Below, piece by piece: positions 1 to 10,153 of a DNA stretch of 64,000 nt. Position 1 is the stretch's first letter, and the number at the start of each line of letters is the position of its first letter. Made by a program: the position numbers and the translations under genes. The notes beneath the pieces were generated by a model. It searched no databases and had not been told where the DNA came from. It saw only the letters and a list, made by a program, of their open reading frames with translations. Source of the stretch: Candidatus Dadabacteria bacterium (lineage in GTDB: Bacteria; Desulfobacterota_D; UBA1144; Nemesobacterales; CSP1-2); NCBI GenBank assembly GCA_040289575.1, contig PSLL01000006.1, positions 24,583-88,582 of the forward strand, given 5' to 3'.

Positions 1-823
1 AGTTGTTAATCAAGCATTCAATCTCGGGGAAAAGACAGTGCTGGATTTATCAGCCGCAGAGGCAGCCTTAGATCAGGCCCGACTCTCAGTGCTAACCCTG
101 GAGCAGGAACAGGAGCACGAGCGATTGGCACTAAATCAGACGCTGGGTCTCCCACCGGATTATATAGTCCCGATTCAAAGGGACATCGTTTTTTCCAACT
201 GGCAGGCTCTTCCATCCGTGATAGACATTATGAACACAGTTGCAGAGCACCGTCTCGATCTTCTTGCACTCAAGATGGGATATGAAAGCCAAGAGGCAAA
301 TCTCAGGACAGCAATACTCTCACAGTTCCCTAAAATAAATATCGGTTTTCACCATTCACGCGACACAACAAATGTTGTAACCACAGGCTTTGGTATCACT
401 TTAGATCTCCCATTTTTCGACCGCAACCAGGGTCAAATCGCCATTGAGCGGGCAACGCGCAAACAACTCTTTGATGAGTATATAGCCCGTCTATTTGAGG
501 CACAATCAGAGGTTGCGCGTATAGTGTCAGATATAGAATCCGCCCAACAACAACTCGGCGCAATTGAGAAGTCCCTGCCGGCATTAGAACGCCTAGTTCA
601 GACCTACCATATGGCCGTAGAGGGAAATAATGCTGATATCCTGAGTTATTATGAGGCAAGAAATACCCTGCTCTCTAAGCAGATCGATGCCCTTAGATTG
701 AAACGCGATCTAACTGATCTTGGTATCACCCTTGAGATCGCCGCAGGGCAATACTTCCCTGGCTATGATCTTTCCCGATCCCCTTCTCCTGAGCGAATAG
801 ATAGAAAGGAAATAACAAAATGA
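1..823 (+). CDS. Outer membrane efflux protein (TolC/CzcC-like OMF), C-terminal part; the gene starts upstream of the window.
   Basis: The frame is open from position 2 with no stop before the listed ATG at 38. Coiled-coil-rich OMF-like sequence (LDLSAAEAALDQARLSV…). Stop overlaps the next gene start (ATGA at 820-823). Confidence 0.75.
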   Translation, partial: VVNQAFNLGEKTVLDLSAAEAALDQARLSVLTLEQEQEHERLALNQTLGLPPDYIVPIQRDIVFSNWQALPSVIDIMNTVAEHRLDLLALKMGYESQEANLRTAILSQFPKINIGFHHSRDTTNVVTTGFGITLDLPFFDRNQGQIAIERATRKQLFDEYIARLFEAQSEVARIVSDIESAQQQLGAIEKSLPALERLVQTYHMAVEGNNADILSYYEARNTLLSKQIDALRLKRDLTDLGITLEIAAGQYFPGYDLSRSPSPERIDRKEITK

Positions 824-1944
824 AACGAGCGAAATGGAGAACCGTCCTCGTCTTAGTCATTAGCGTTATGGTGATAGTTGTGTATATATGCTTTTTTCAC
901 ATTAGTACAAAGGTTTCAATAAAGAACAATACCAATCTCGGGGCCCAAACAACTGAAAGCCACGGGGTTTATGAACCAGTAGCTACTGTACGGGCAGTTC
1001 CAGTCAAAAAAGTGGCCATCACAGAAAGCATTACTGCTTATGGAACGGTCATCCCAGCACCCGGGGGAATAGAGGTTATGTCTCTGCCGTTTGAAAGCCG
1101 TATCCGCCGCATCCTTGTCAGTAGTGGGCAGCGGGTCTCTAGAGGAGATGTTCTTCTCGAAATAGAACCGAGTCCTGATACACGTCTTCAAATAGAAGAG
1201 GCAAGCAATAATGCCGAATCGGCAAAACAAGCACTCAAACACGTACAGCAGCGGTTTGATATCAAATTGGCTACCAACCAGGAACTGCTGCAGGCAAAGC
1301 AGGCATTCCAGGAAGCATGGATACGCCTTGAAAGCCTTAAAAAGAGGGGCATTGGACAGAAGCGCCAAATCCAGTCAACTGTCGAAGGTGTTGTCAATAA
1401 GGTAGCCGTCCAAGAGGGCTCTATTGTGTCAGCCGGTGGCACGCTCCTAGAAATCCTTTCCCAAAATCGTGCTGAAGTCCGACTGGGAATTGAGCCGGAA
1501 GATGTAAAATACCTACAAGTAGATCAAACAGTTTCACTGTCTTCTGTCAACACGCCCAAATCCCGTTCTGTCATGGGTCGAATTCGCGCAATTTCGCAAT
1601 CAATCAATCCAGCCACACGTCTTATTGATGTCTTTGTTAATCTACCGGCATCCGCTAATAACCAATTCCTCCTAAATGAATATGTCAAAGGACAAATAGA
1701 GATTGCATCAAAGGTAGGGTTTATAGTTCCCCGTAATGCAGTATTGCCGGAAAACAGTGGTCATTACGTTCTATTTACTGTCAAAGACGGCCGTGCAAAA
1801 AAGCACACTGTACAAATGGGTTTAGAAGATGGAAAAGAAGTCGAGGTAATAGACAGCGGCCTTCAGCCTGGCGACCTCGTAGTAACCCTTGGCAATTATG
1901 AATTAAAGGACGGCATGGCAGTCAAATTAGAGGTCTCTCAATGA
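820..1944 (+). CDS. RND efflux periplasmic adaptor (membrane fusion protein, HlyD/AcrA/CzcB family)
   Basis: N-terminal TM helix, biotinyl/lipoyl-like hairpin region and beta-barrel MFP architecture. Start and stop both overlap neighbouring genes. Confidence 0.85.
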   Translation: MKRAKWRTVLVLVISVMVIVVYICFFHISTKVSIKNNTNLGAQTTESHGVYEPVATVRAVPVKKVAITESITAYGTVIPAPGGIEVMSLPFESRIRRILVSSGQRVSRGDVLLEIEPSPDTRLQIEEASNNAESAKQALKHVQQRFDIKLATNQELLQAKQAFQEAWIRLESLKKRGIGQKRQIQSTVEGVVNKVAVQEGSIVSAGGTLLEILSQNRAEVRLGIEPEDVKYLQVDQTVSLSSVNTPKSRSVMGRIRAISQSINPATRLIDVFVNLPASANNQFLLNEYVKGQIEIASKVGFIVPRNAVLPENSGHYVLFTVKDGRAKKHTVQMGLEDGKEVEVIDSGLQPGDLVVTLGNYELKDGMAVKLEVSQ

Positions 1945-4900
1945 AATTTACTAACTGGATATATGTCCATCGTCGTTCGATCCTTTTCTTAATGGCGGTA
2001 CTGACCTTAGGTGGGCTGGCAAGCACTCTCAAACTCCCCGTAGCCCTCTTCCCCTACGTAGATTTCCCCCGTGTAGTAGTGAGCCTCGATGCCGGAGATC
2101 GTCCGGCAGAGCGCATGGTCTTTGAGGTGACCAGGCCGATTGAGGAGGCAGTGCGAGCTGTCCCCGGCGTGCGCAGTGTGCGTTCTACTACGAGTAGGGG
2201 AAGTGCCGATATATCCATTGATTTCGACTGGGGTGAAGACATGGTAGCAGCCATGTTACAGATAGAGTCTGCAATCAACCAGGTAATGCGGGGTTTACCA
2301 CAGGGAACCACATTCAATGTGAGGCGCAGCGACCCTACGGTCTTCCCGGTGCTGGCATATAGCCTAACCTCTGACACACACTCATTAGTTGAGTTGCGTG
2401 ATATTGCGCTATATCAATTGCGGCCATTGCTTTCAACTGTAAAAGGGGTAGCTAAGGTCGGAGTTTTAGGCGGCAATCAGGAAGAATATCGGGTAACCGT
2501 AGACCCGGCACGGCTAGATTCCTTCAGTCTGTCAATAGACGATGTGGCAAAGGCCCTTTCCGCCGCCAATGTTATTACCGCGGTAGGTCGTATGGAAGAC
2601 CACTATAAGCTCTACCTAGTCATATCGGATACCCAACTGCGTAACCTAGAGCAGATTCGCGAAACTATAATACATTCGGGAGAAAACGGTGTAGTGAGAT
2701 TAGATGATGTCGCTACTGTCAGCCCGGGGACAGTACCCCAGTTTACACGCGTCACCGCCGATGGCCACGATGCTGTGATCTTTCAAGTATACCAGCAACT
2801 AAACGGCAATACCGTGCAGATAGCGAATAATATAAAGAATAAGCTCAATGAATTTCGCAACCAGTTACCACTGGACATAAATATCGCCAACTGGTATGAC
2901 CAGAGTGAATTGATCATCTCCTCTGCTACCAGCGTACGCGATGCCATACTTATAGGTATTGTGCTTGCGACATTAATCCTATGGCTATTCCTGCGCAACC
3001 TAAAGGTTACACTAATTGTCATAATCTCTGTGCCTAGCGTACTGGCAGCTGCCATCTTAATGCTCTACGTGTTACACATGAGCTTCAATATCATGACTCT
3101 TGGCGGCATGGCAGCAGCCGTGGGACTTATCATTGATGATACTATAGTCATTGTAGAACACATTATTCGTAGGATACGTGGGGGTACCAATGATTACAGA
3201 GATGGGATTATGAGTGCTGCCCGAGAGTTTACTAAGCCTCTTGCTGGTTCATCCGCCTCTACTATTATCATTTTTGCACCCCTGGCATTCCTCTCCGGGG
3301 TAACCGGAGCTTTTTTCAAATCGCTCTCTCTTACTATGGCCACTAGCCTCATTACCTCCTTCCTCATTGCCTGGCTGGCCACACCGCTTCTTGCGAATTA
3401 CCTACTTAATCAGAAGGATGCCAATCAAAAAGAGGGCGGTACGCTGACAGAGCAAGTACACAAGGCCTATGAGGCTATTATGCGCCGTATACTGGAACAT
3501 CAATGGCTAGTGCTATTGGTTGTAGCACCATTGATTATTGTAGGTTGGCTGGGCTACAGGCAAGTTGGCTCCGGTTTTATACCGGCGATAGATGAGGGAG
3601 GCTTCGTCCTCGACTACCGGACGGCACCGGGAACCTCCCTCACAGAGACGGATCGTCTGCTGCGGCGTGTAGAGACAATTCTCCAAACAATCCCAGAGGT
3701 AAACACATATTCCCGACGTACAGGTCTGGCACTAGGGGGGTTTCTTACCGAAGCTAATGAAGGCGATTTCTTCGTACGTCTCAAGCCGTTTCCACGTCGA
3801 GGTATAGAGTCTGTCATGGATGATGTGCGTACACAGATAGAACGCTCGATTCCAGGATTAGATATTGAATTAGCCCAGCTAATGGAAGACCTCATCGGTG
3901 ATCTCACAGGTGTGCCCCAACCAATTGAGATCAAACTCTATTCTGACGATGGCGAACTACTGCGTAGGCTAGGGCCGCAGGTGGCTGAAGCTATAGAGAA
4001 AATCCCAGGTGTGGTGGATGTGCGCAGCAGCATTATTCTCGCTGGCGATGCTCTGGATATTAAGGTAGAAAGGGTAAAAGCAGCGATAGAGGGAGTGGAC
4101 CCTGAATCAGTCACTCACATGATTTCCGACTACTTAAGCGGTGTGGTCACCACACAGGTGCAGCGTGGCCCAAAGATGATAGGGGTACGGGTGTGGATAC
4201 CGGGCGATACACGCTCTATGGAGCGTGATCTAGAGAACCTGCGCCTGCGTGCCCCGGATAGCCACCTATTTCCTCTCAAGCGCATAGCAACTATTACTAC
4301 AATCACCGGTCAGCCACAGATAACGCGTGATGACCTCAAACAAATGGTCGCTGTTACAGGTCGCATCAGCGGGCGGGATATAGGTACAGTAGTCAGAGAT
4401 GTCAAAAACGTATTAAACCATCCTGGACTGGTGCCCAAGGGGGTGTACTACAGCCTAGGTGGGCTTTATGCACAGCAACAGATCGCATTCGCTGGACTTA
4501 CCACCGTCTTTGTTGCAGCAATAGTTCTCGTTTTCTCACTCGTGCTTTTTCTCTATGAAAGCTTCCGTGCAACATTTGCTATCATTGCTACTACACTAAT
4601 AGCCCTATCGGCAGTTTCTATCGGTCTATGGTTAACCGGCATGGAGATTAATATATTCTCCATTATGGGTATGACCATGCTTGTAGGCATTGTAACGGAG
4701 GTAGCTATCTTCTATTTTTCCGAATACAACGATTTGCCTAAAGACCTAGATAGAAATACCGCATTAATAATGGCGGGAAAGAACCGTATGCGCCCTATAG
4801 CAATGACAACACTTGCTGCCATTCTGACCCTTATGCCACTAGCTTTAAAGATTGAGCCGGGCTCCGCCATACAACAGCCATTGGCGATCGCCATTATTTC

Positions 4901-4973
4901 TGGGCTGGTCGTGCAATTACCGCTTGTATTAATTCTATTGCCGGTTTTTCTTGCCATTCTAAGACCCAGTTGA
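1941..4973 (+). CDS. RND efflux transporter permease (AcrB/CzcA superfamily, 1010 aa)
   Basis: 12-TM RND architecture with two large periplasmic loops. Conserved TM4 motif GLIIDDTIVIVEH. Gene order OMF-MFP-RND matches czcCBA-type operons. Confidence 0.9.
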   Translation: MKFTNWIYVHRRSILFLMAVLTLGGLASTLKLPVALFPYVDFPRVVVSLDAGDRPAERMVFEVTRPIEEAVRAVPGVRSVRSTTSRGSADISIDFDWGEDMVAAMLQIESAINQVMRGLPQGTTFNVRRSDPTVFPVLAYSLTSDTHSLVELRDIALYQLRPLLSTVKGVAKVGVLGGNQEEYRVTVDPARLDSFSLSIDDVAKALSAANVITAVGRMEDHYKLYLVISDTQLRNLEQIRETIIHSGENGVVRLDDVATVSPGTVPQFTRVTADGHDAVIFQVYQQLNGNTVQIANNIKNKLNEFRNQLPLDINIANWYDQSELIISSATSVRDAILIGIVLATLILWLFLRNLKVTLIVIISVPSVLAAAILMLYVLHMSFNIMTLGGMAAAVGLIIDDTIVIVEHIIRRIRGGTNDYRDGIMSAAREFTKPLAGSSASTIIIFAPLAFLSGVTGAFFKSLSLTMATSLITSFLIAWLATPLLANYLLNQKDANQKEGGTLTEQVHKAYEAIMRRILEHQWLVLLVVAPLIIVGWLGYRQVGSGFIPAIDEGGFVLDYRTAPGTSLTETDRLLRRVETILQTIPEVNTYSRRTGLALGGFLTEANEGDFFVRLKPFPRRGIESVMDDVRTQIERSIPGLDIELAQLMEDLIGDLTGVPQPIEIKLYSDDGELLRRLGPQVAEAIEKIPGVVDVRSSIILAGDALDIKVERVKAAIEGVDPESVTHMISDYLSGVVTTQVQRGPKMIGVRVWIPGDTRSMERDLENLRLRAPDSHLFPLKRIATITTITGQPQITRDDLKQMVAVTGRISGRDIGTVVRDVKNVLNHPGLVPKGVYYSLGGLYAQQQIAFAGLTTVFVAAIVLVFSLVLFLYESFRATFAIIATTLIALSAVSIGLWLTGMEINIFSIMGMTMLVGIVTEVAIFYFSEYNDLPKDLDRNTALIMAGKNRMRPIAMTTLAAILTLMPLALKIEPGSAIQQPLAIAIISGLVVQLPLVLILLPVFLAILRPS

Positions 4974-5156
4974 TGTATAGAATTTCAAACTTACATCAAC
5001 TACCTATTTCTCGCCGTCCCAAGCCATAAAATTACAAATTTGTAATCTTCCTGTTATGTTCCTGTATTTGTCACCTGTGTAGTGTTTATACCTTAAAATG
5101 ATAAGGGATCAAATCACAAGAGTTGGAGCCAGGCTCCGAAAATGGGGTGAAATAAC

Positions 5157-5930
5157 ATGAAGGCAATTATACTTGCTGCAGGTCGGGACATTACACTATA
5201 TCCGTATACCAGGTACATACCTACGTGCCTCCTCAATATTGGCGGCAAGACCATACTAGAGCATCAGATCAACTGTACAAGAAACTGTAGGATTAATGAG
5301 ATGATAATAGTAGTCGGATTCGGACTCGAGAAGGTAGAGAACTTCTTAAGAAATTACGGCGGCTCAGGAATGAAAATAAAAACTCTCCATAATCCATTCT
5401 ATCAAAATACAAGCAGTCTCATTTCTCTGTGGATAGCAAGAGGAGAGATGAACGAAGACACAGCAGTTATAGATGGAGATAATCTATTTGAGATTGAGGT
5501 ACTTAAGCGGACCCTCAGGGTGAGAGATGAGAAGACATGTCTTTGTGTAAAGAGGGAACCTATATATCAGAGGGAGAATACAAATGTATTAATCATAAGA
5601 GGCAGGGTGGTAAGGATTGGCGAAAATCTAACCACCCCTTCAGCCAAATCAGTAGGGATAAGTGTCCACAGAGGCACAGACGTAGAGCTACTTAAGAGAG
5701 CAGTAGAGGAGGAGATACGCACAGAGGGTGCAGAGAAAAGGCGTTATACTTCTGCAATACAGAGACTCATTGGGAGAGGACACAGTGTAAAATCCGTTGA
5801 CATAGGGGAGCTATTTTGGATGGATGTAAACTATCCGAGTGACCTCTCTAAGGCCAGATTTAATTCAGCTGAGTTTATAAGAAGGCCCCAACGAGAAAGA
5901 GTCCTTAGGGTTGTAGAGACGGGTTTGTAA
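5157..5930 (+). CDS. Sugar-phosphate nucleotidyltransferase-like protein (NTP_transferase fold) with a degenerate G-x-G-T-R signature
   Basis: N-terminus MKAIILAAGRDITLYPYTRYIPTCLLNIGGKTILEHQI resembles the LAAGxGTRLxPLT…PK.Ll nucleotide-binding loop of sugar nucleotidyltransferases, but with GTR replaced by DIT. Lies in a low-GC segment directly upstream of two GT4 genes. Confidence 0.5.
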   Translation: MKAIILAAGRDITLYPYTRYIPTCLLNIGGKTILEHQINCTRNCRINEMIIVVGFGLEKVENFLRNYGGSGMKIKTLHNPFYQNTSSLISLWIARGEMNEDTAVIDGDNLFEIEVLKRTLRVRDEKTCLCVKREPIYQRENTNVLIIRGRVVRIGENLTTPSAKSVGISVHRGTDVELLKRAVEEEIRTEGAEKRRYTSAIQRLIGRGHSVKSVDIGELFWMDVNYPSDLSKARFNSAEFIRRPQRERVLRVVETGL

Positions 5931-6208
5931 ATATAATAAACCATGAAATACTTATAGCAATTGGCATGGATATAGATATCGAGAAGTTAAATTCATAGGA
6001 TTATCCTATCACGGAGCCTACACCTAGCTCAGTGAACGTATTCTCCACAACGGCGGGTTCCCTAATTATGCCAGATTAAACGATTGAATTGACATAAAAG
6101 AGTATCTATATTAATTAGAAATTTATTATTATGGGCTAAATATAATTTTTTAAAATCCGATCTCGGTGGAAGGTCGACAAATACAATGGAAAATCGGAGA
6201 AATTACAG

Positions 6209-7342
6209 GTGAGGATTGCATACATAGCAAGCCCTAAGTTATTCTCGCGCGGGGCAAGTTCAATCGAAGTAATGCGCACGGCCGAGGCTATGGCAGAACT
6301 CGGCTACGACGTTGAGCTTATTGTTCCCTACAACGGAAAAGAAGATGAGATATACGAATACTACGGAATAAACAGAGTTTTTAAATTGAAATTTATTCCC
6401 TCTGCACCGGGCGTTTCTATGAGGCATATTCTACACGGACTTCAAAGTGCCTTCTACACGGCATCGAAGAGAGGACGGTTCGACATCGCATTTTCAAGAA
6501 ATATATTCTATGCTTTTCTTTCAACCAGATTTTTAAAAATCCCTACAATCTATGATGCTCACCACCCCATTGCAAACACAGCGGCACGTATAATATTCGA
6601 CTTCTTTAAAGAGTCTAAATTTCTTCTTAAATTTGTTGTAATCTCTAAAGGAATCGGAGACATATGCCTCAAATTCGGGCTTCCGGAAGGGAAGCTCGCC
6701 GTCGTGCCTAATGGCGTTGACATAGAGAGATTCAATCAAAAATTATCACCTAAAGAGGCACGAAGCAGAGTCGGTCTTCCTCAAGAGAGAAAAATCATAT
6801 CGCATATAGGAAACATATATCCCGGAAGAGGAATAGAGCTTCTAATAGAGGCCGCACAGGAATTTAAAGATTTGCTCTTTCTCATGGTAGGCGGAGAAGA
6901 TAGAGACATTGAGCGTTATAAAAAATTGGCTAAAAAAACAGGCGTAGACAACGTCATCTTCACGGGATTTATACCACCCAGCATCATTTCTCTTTATTTT
7001 TTCTCTACAGATTTTCTCATACTGCCTTATACATTGAAGATGACCTCTAAGTTCAGACGCATAGAGACCGATTTTGCCTCTTTACTTAAGCTCCCAGAAT
7101 ATATGGCGTCAGGGCGTCCGATTATTTCAACACGCATTCCGGCGGTTTCTGAATTTCTAAGAGATGAAGAAAATGCCATTATCATTGACCCAGACAGCAC
7201 TTTGGCAATTATAGGAGGTATAAAGAGGGCTTTGTCTAATAAGATCCTCTGTGAGAAAATCGCTAAACAGGCAGCCATTGATGCAAAGAAATACACACTC
7301 GAAGAAAGGGCAAAGAGGATACTCGATGATGTCCAAATTTAA
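6209..7342 (+). CDS. Glycosyltransferase family 4 (GT-B, Glycos_transf_1)
   Basis: C-terminal EX7E-type motif region (EYMASGRPIISTRIPAVSEFLRDEENAIIID) with a GT4 N-terminal domain. Confidence 0.8.
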   Translation: MRIAYIASPKLFSRGASSIEVMRTAEAMAELGYDVELIVPYNGKEDEIYEYYGINRVFKLKFIPSAPGVSMRHILHGLQSAFYTASKRGRFDIAFSRNIFYAFLSTRFLKIPTIYDAHHPIANTAARIIFDFFKESKFLLKFVVISKGIGDICLKFGLPEGKLAVVPNGVDIERFNQKLSPKEARSRVGLPQERKIISHIGNIYPGRGIELLIEAAQEFKDLLFLMVGGEDRDIERYKKLAKKTGVDNVIFTGFIPPSIISLYFFSTDFLILPYTLKMTSKFRRIETDFASLLKLPEYMASGRPIISTRIPAVSEFLRDEENAIIIDPDSTLAIIGGIKRALSNKILCEKIAKQAAIDAKKYTLEERAKRILDDVQI

Positions 7343-7402
7343 AAGATTTAAAACTACCTTCCATGAGTCCTGCGTGCTCTGGAACCAATGGTACTTTAGA
7401 TA

Positions 7403-8527
7403 ATGAAAGTCGTATACATAGCAAACTCTCGGATTCCTTCTCAATATGCAAATAGTATACAGGTGATGAAGATGTGTGAGGCAATCGCCAAGCTTGGACA
7501 CGAAGTCTCTCTTTTTATACGAGACGAAAAAGAGGATTACAAAGGCGATATATTTGGATTTTACGGCTTAGAAAGGGTTTTTGAAATCAAAAGAACGCCG
7601 TTTAAAGGAAAATTACTCCACGCTATATTCTCTTTAATCTGCACCAAACTCAAGACGGTAGGGCTGTGTTATACTAGAAGCGCTTATGCGGCATATCTCG
7701 CATCTAGATTCTGCATACCAACTGTCTTTGAAGTCCACCGCCCATTCTCTTCCAGATTCGGAAAGGCAATTGCCCCATTGCTTCTTAATTCACCTTATTT
7801 AAAGATAGTATCCATCTCAAATTCACTCACGGAATTCTACATCGAGAAATACAGAATAAAATCACGAGAGAAAATAATTACAAAACATGATGGAGTGGAT
7901 TTAAATATGTTTTCCCCGCCTCTAATAAAGGAGGAGGCAAGAAGGAAAATGAATCTCCCACAGGATAAAAGGATAATATGCTACTGCGGTCATCTCTACA
8001 GAGGAAGGGGAATCGAATCTCTAATTTCAATTTCCGGAAAGCTTCCAAGCAACGTGCTTATTCTCATCATTGGCGGTACGGGCAAAGACTTAGAAAGGCA
8101 CAAAAACACCGCATCCCAGATGAACTCAACAAATCTATATTTTACCGGATTCGTTCCCTTAAGCATTGTCCCGAGATACCTGGCGGCATCCGATGTCTTG
8201 GTAATACCCTATACAAATAGAGTCGAAGATAACACAGGATGTATAATAAGCAATTTTATGAGTCCGATGAAGATGTTCGAATATATGGCTTCGGGAAGAC
8301 CGATCGTCGCATCAAACCTGGGTGTCATAAGGGAGATACTCAAAGACAAGGAAAGTGCACTCCTATTTGAACCGGCAGATGAAAATGGTTTTATAGATGC
8401 GATAAAAGCTGTCTTGGAAGATAAAGAATTGGCCCAAAGAATCGCAAGGAATGCCCAGGATGAGGTCAAAAAATACACGTGGTCTGAGAGAGCTAAGTCA
8501 ATTCTCTCTTTTTCATCGGAGTTGTAA
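7403..8527 (+). CDS. Glycosyltransferase family 4 (paralog of the preceding gene)
   Basis: Same architecture and motif (FEYMASGRPIVASNLGVIREILKDKESALLFEPADENGF). Arranged in tandem with 6209..7342. Confidence 0.8.
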   Translation: MKVVYIANSRIPSQYANSIQVMKMCEAIAKLGHEVSLFIRDEKEDYKGDIFGFYGLERVFEIKRTPFKGKLLHAIFSLICTKLKTVGLCYTRSAYAAYLASRFCIPTVFEVHRPFSSRFGKAIAPLLLNSPYLKIVSISNSLTEFYIEKYRIKSREKIITKHDGVDLNMFSPPLIKEEARRKMNLPQDKRIICYCGHLYRGRGIESLISISGKLPSNVLILIIGGTGKDLERHKNTASQMNSTNLYFTGFVPLSIVPRYLAASDVLVIPYTNRVEDNTGCIISNFMSPMKMFEYMASGRPIVASNLGVIREILKDKESALLFEPADENGFIDAIKAVLEDKELAQRIARNAQDEVKKYTWSERAKSILSFSSEL

Positions 8528-8553
8528 GCTGACCTCCGATTTAATCGGAGGCA

Positions 8554-9264
8554 TTACCCACCCAGATAAGCCCTCTTTACCCGCCCATCAAAGAGCAGCT
8601 GTTTACCCTCGCCCTCAAGAACTATCTCTCCTGTCTCTAAAACGTATGCATAATCAGCCATCTCAAGAGCGGCTCTTGCGTTCTGTTCAATCAGGAGAAT
8701 GGTTGTACCGTTATTATGGATCTCGCGGATTTTATCAAACAGCACTCTAGTAATCCTTGGAGAGAGTCCAAGGGATGGTTCATCTAACATAAGGAGCTTT
8801 GGTCTCCCCATTAGAGCACGTCCCAGAGCGAGCATCTGCTGTTCACCGCCGGAAAGCGTGCCGCCGAGCTGAGTTAATTTCTCCATGAGACGGGGAAAAA
8901 GAGAAAACACGTAATTCGAGCTTCTGTCAAACTCATCCGATGAATTTAGAGCAAAACCGCCCATAATCAGGTTTTCTTTGACTGTGAGATTTGGAAATAT
9001 CTTTCTCCCTTCAGGCACCATGATTATTCCCATATTTGCTATCTCGTATGCGGGTCTTCTGGATATATTCTTTTCCTCAAAGAGAATGTGTCCGCTCTTA
9101 GGGTGAATAAGTCCCGAGATTGCACGGAGAGTCGTTGTCTTTCCTGCACCATTTGCGCCTATGAGAGTCACAATCTTTCTCTCTGGAACACTAAACGATA
9201 CTCCCTTTAATGCGTGAATCCCCCCGTAGAAAACATTTAAACCCTCAATTCTGAGCAATCTCAT
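8554..9264 (-). CDS. ABC transporter ATP-binding protein, LivF/BraG-like
   Basis: Walker A GANGAGKTT, ABC signature LSGGEQQ, ~236 aa branched-chain amino acid / urea ABC ATPase type. Confidence 0.8.
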   Translation of the reverse strand: MRLLRIEGLNVFYGGIHALKGVSFSVPERKIVTLIGANGAGKTTTLRAISGLIHPKSGHILFEEKNISRRPAYEIANMGIIMVPEGRKIFPNLTVKENLIMGGFALNSSDEFDRSSNYVFSLFPRLMEKLTQLGGTLSGGEQQMLALGRALMGRPKLLMLDEPSLGLSPRITRVLFDKIREIHNNGTTILLIEQNARAALEMADYAYVLETGEIVLEGEGKQLLFDGRVKRAYLGG

Positions 9265-9329
9265 TTCTCCGTACAGATGGGAATCGGGATTAAACTAATC
9301 CCCAATGCCTAATCGCCAACTCCCAATTC

Positions 9330-10100
9330 CTACGTTGTCTCCCCAAGATACGCCTCAATTACCCTTGGATTACTTCTTATATCCTCGGGGCATCCCTCTG
9401 CAATCCTCTCTCCGTAATCGAGCACGGTGATTTTATCGCATATCCCCATAACCACATGCATATCATGCTCAATGAGAAGCACGGTTAAGTCGAATTCATT
9501 CCTGATACCTTTAATGAAATCCATAAGCCCGTCCTTTTCACTTGGATTCATACCGGCGGCAGGCTCATCGAGGAGAAGAAGCTTGGGACGAGTAGCAATG
9601 GCACGGGCAATCTCCAATCTCCTCTGAAGCCCATATGGAAGGGATAGAGCCTTTTCATTTGAAAGATGTAAAAGACTAGTCTTCTCTAAGAGCGCAATGG
9701 CATTGTTATATATTTCTCTCTCCCTATTTTTGTATCCGGGAAGGCGCAGTACAGCCTGCCAAAACAAGAATGGATTAAACCTCAAATGAAACCCGATCAT
9801 TACGTTTTCCAAGACGCTCAGGTCTCTGAAGAGCTTTATATTTTGAAATGTCCTTGCAATTCCAAGGGACGTAATCCTGTGCGGCTCGAGTCTTGTAACC
9901 TCTTTTTGGAGGAATGATATAGTTCCGGCTACGGGCTTTACAAATCCGGAGATTGCATTAAATACCGTAGTTTTTCCCGCGCCGTTTGGGCCTATCATCC
10001 CTCTGATTGTTCCAGACTCAACATCCATACTAAAATCAGACACAGCCTTGAGCGCATGAAAACGGACTGTCAGATTTTCAATCCTGAGTATGTTTCCCAC
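9330..10100 (-). CDS. ABC transporter ATP-binding protein, LivG/BraF-like
   Basis: Walker A GPNGAGKTT. ~256 aa LivG-type ATPase immediately upstream of the LivF-like gene. Confidence 0.8.
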   Translation of the reverse strand: MGNILRIENLTVRFHALKAVSDFSMDVESGTIRGMIGPNGAGKTTVFNAISGFVKPVAGTISFLQKEVTRLEPHRITSLGIARTFQNIKLFRDLSVLENVMIGFHLRFNPFLFWQAVLRLPGYKNREREIYNNAIALLEKTSLLHLSNEKALSLPYGLQRRLEIARAIATRPKLLLLDEPAAGMNPSEKDGLMDFIKGIRNEFDLTVLLIEHDMHVVMGICDKITVLDYGERIAEGCPEDIRSNPRVIEAYLGETT

Positions 10101-10153
10101 TTTTTATATATCTGCCTTTTTCAAACATGAAATACATTTCAATCTATTATAAT

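Noticed and set aside
396-4957. Antisense ORFs inside the efflux genes (e.g. 396..659-, 916..1368-, 2054..2377-, 3614..3934-, 4712..4957-)
   Set aside because: They lie entirely within confidently assigned long CDSs on the opposite strand and have no recognisable motifs, so they are spurious.
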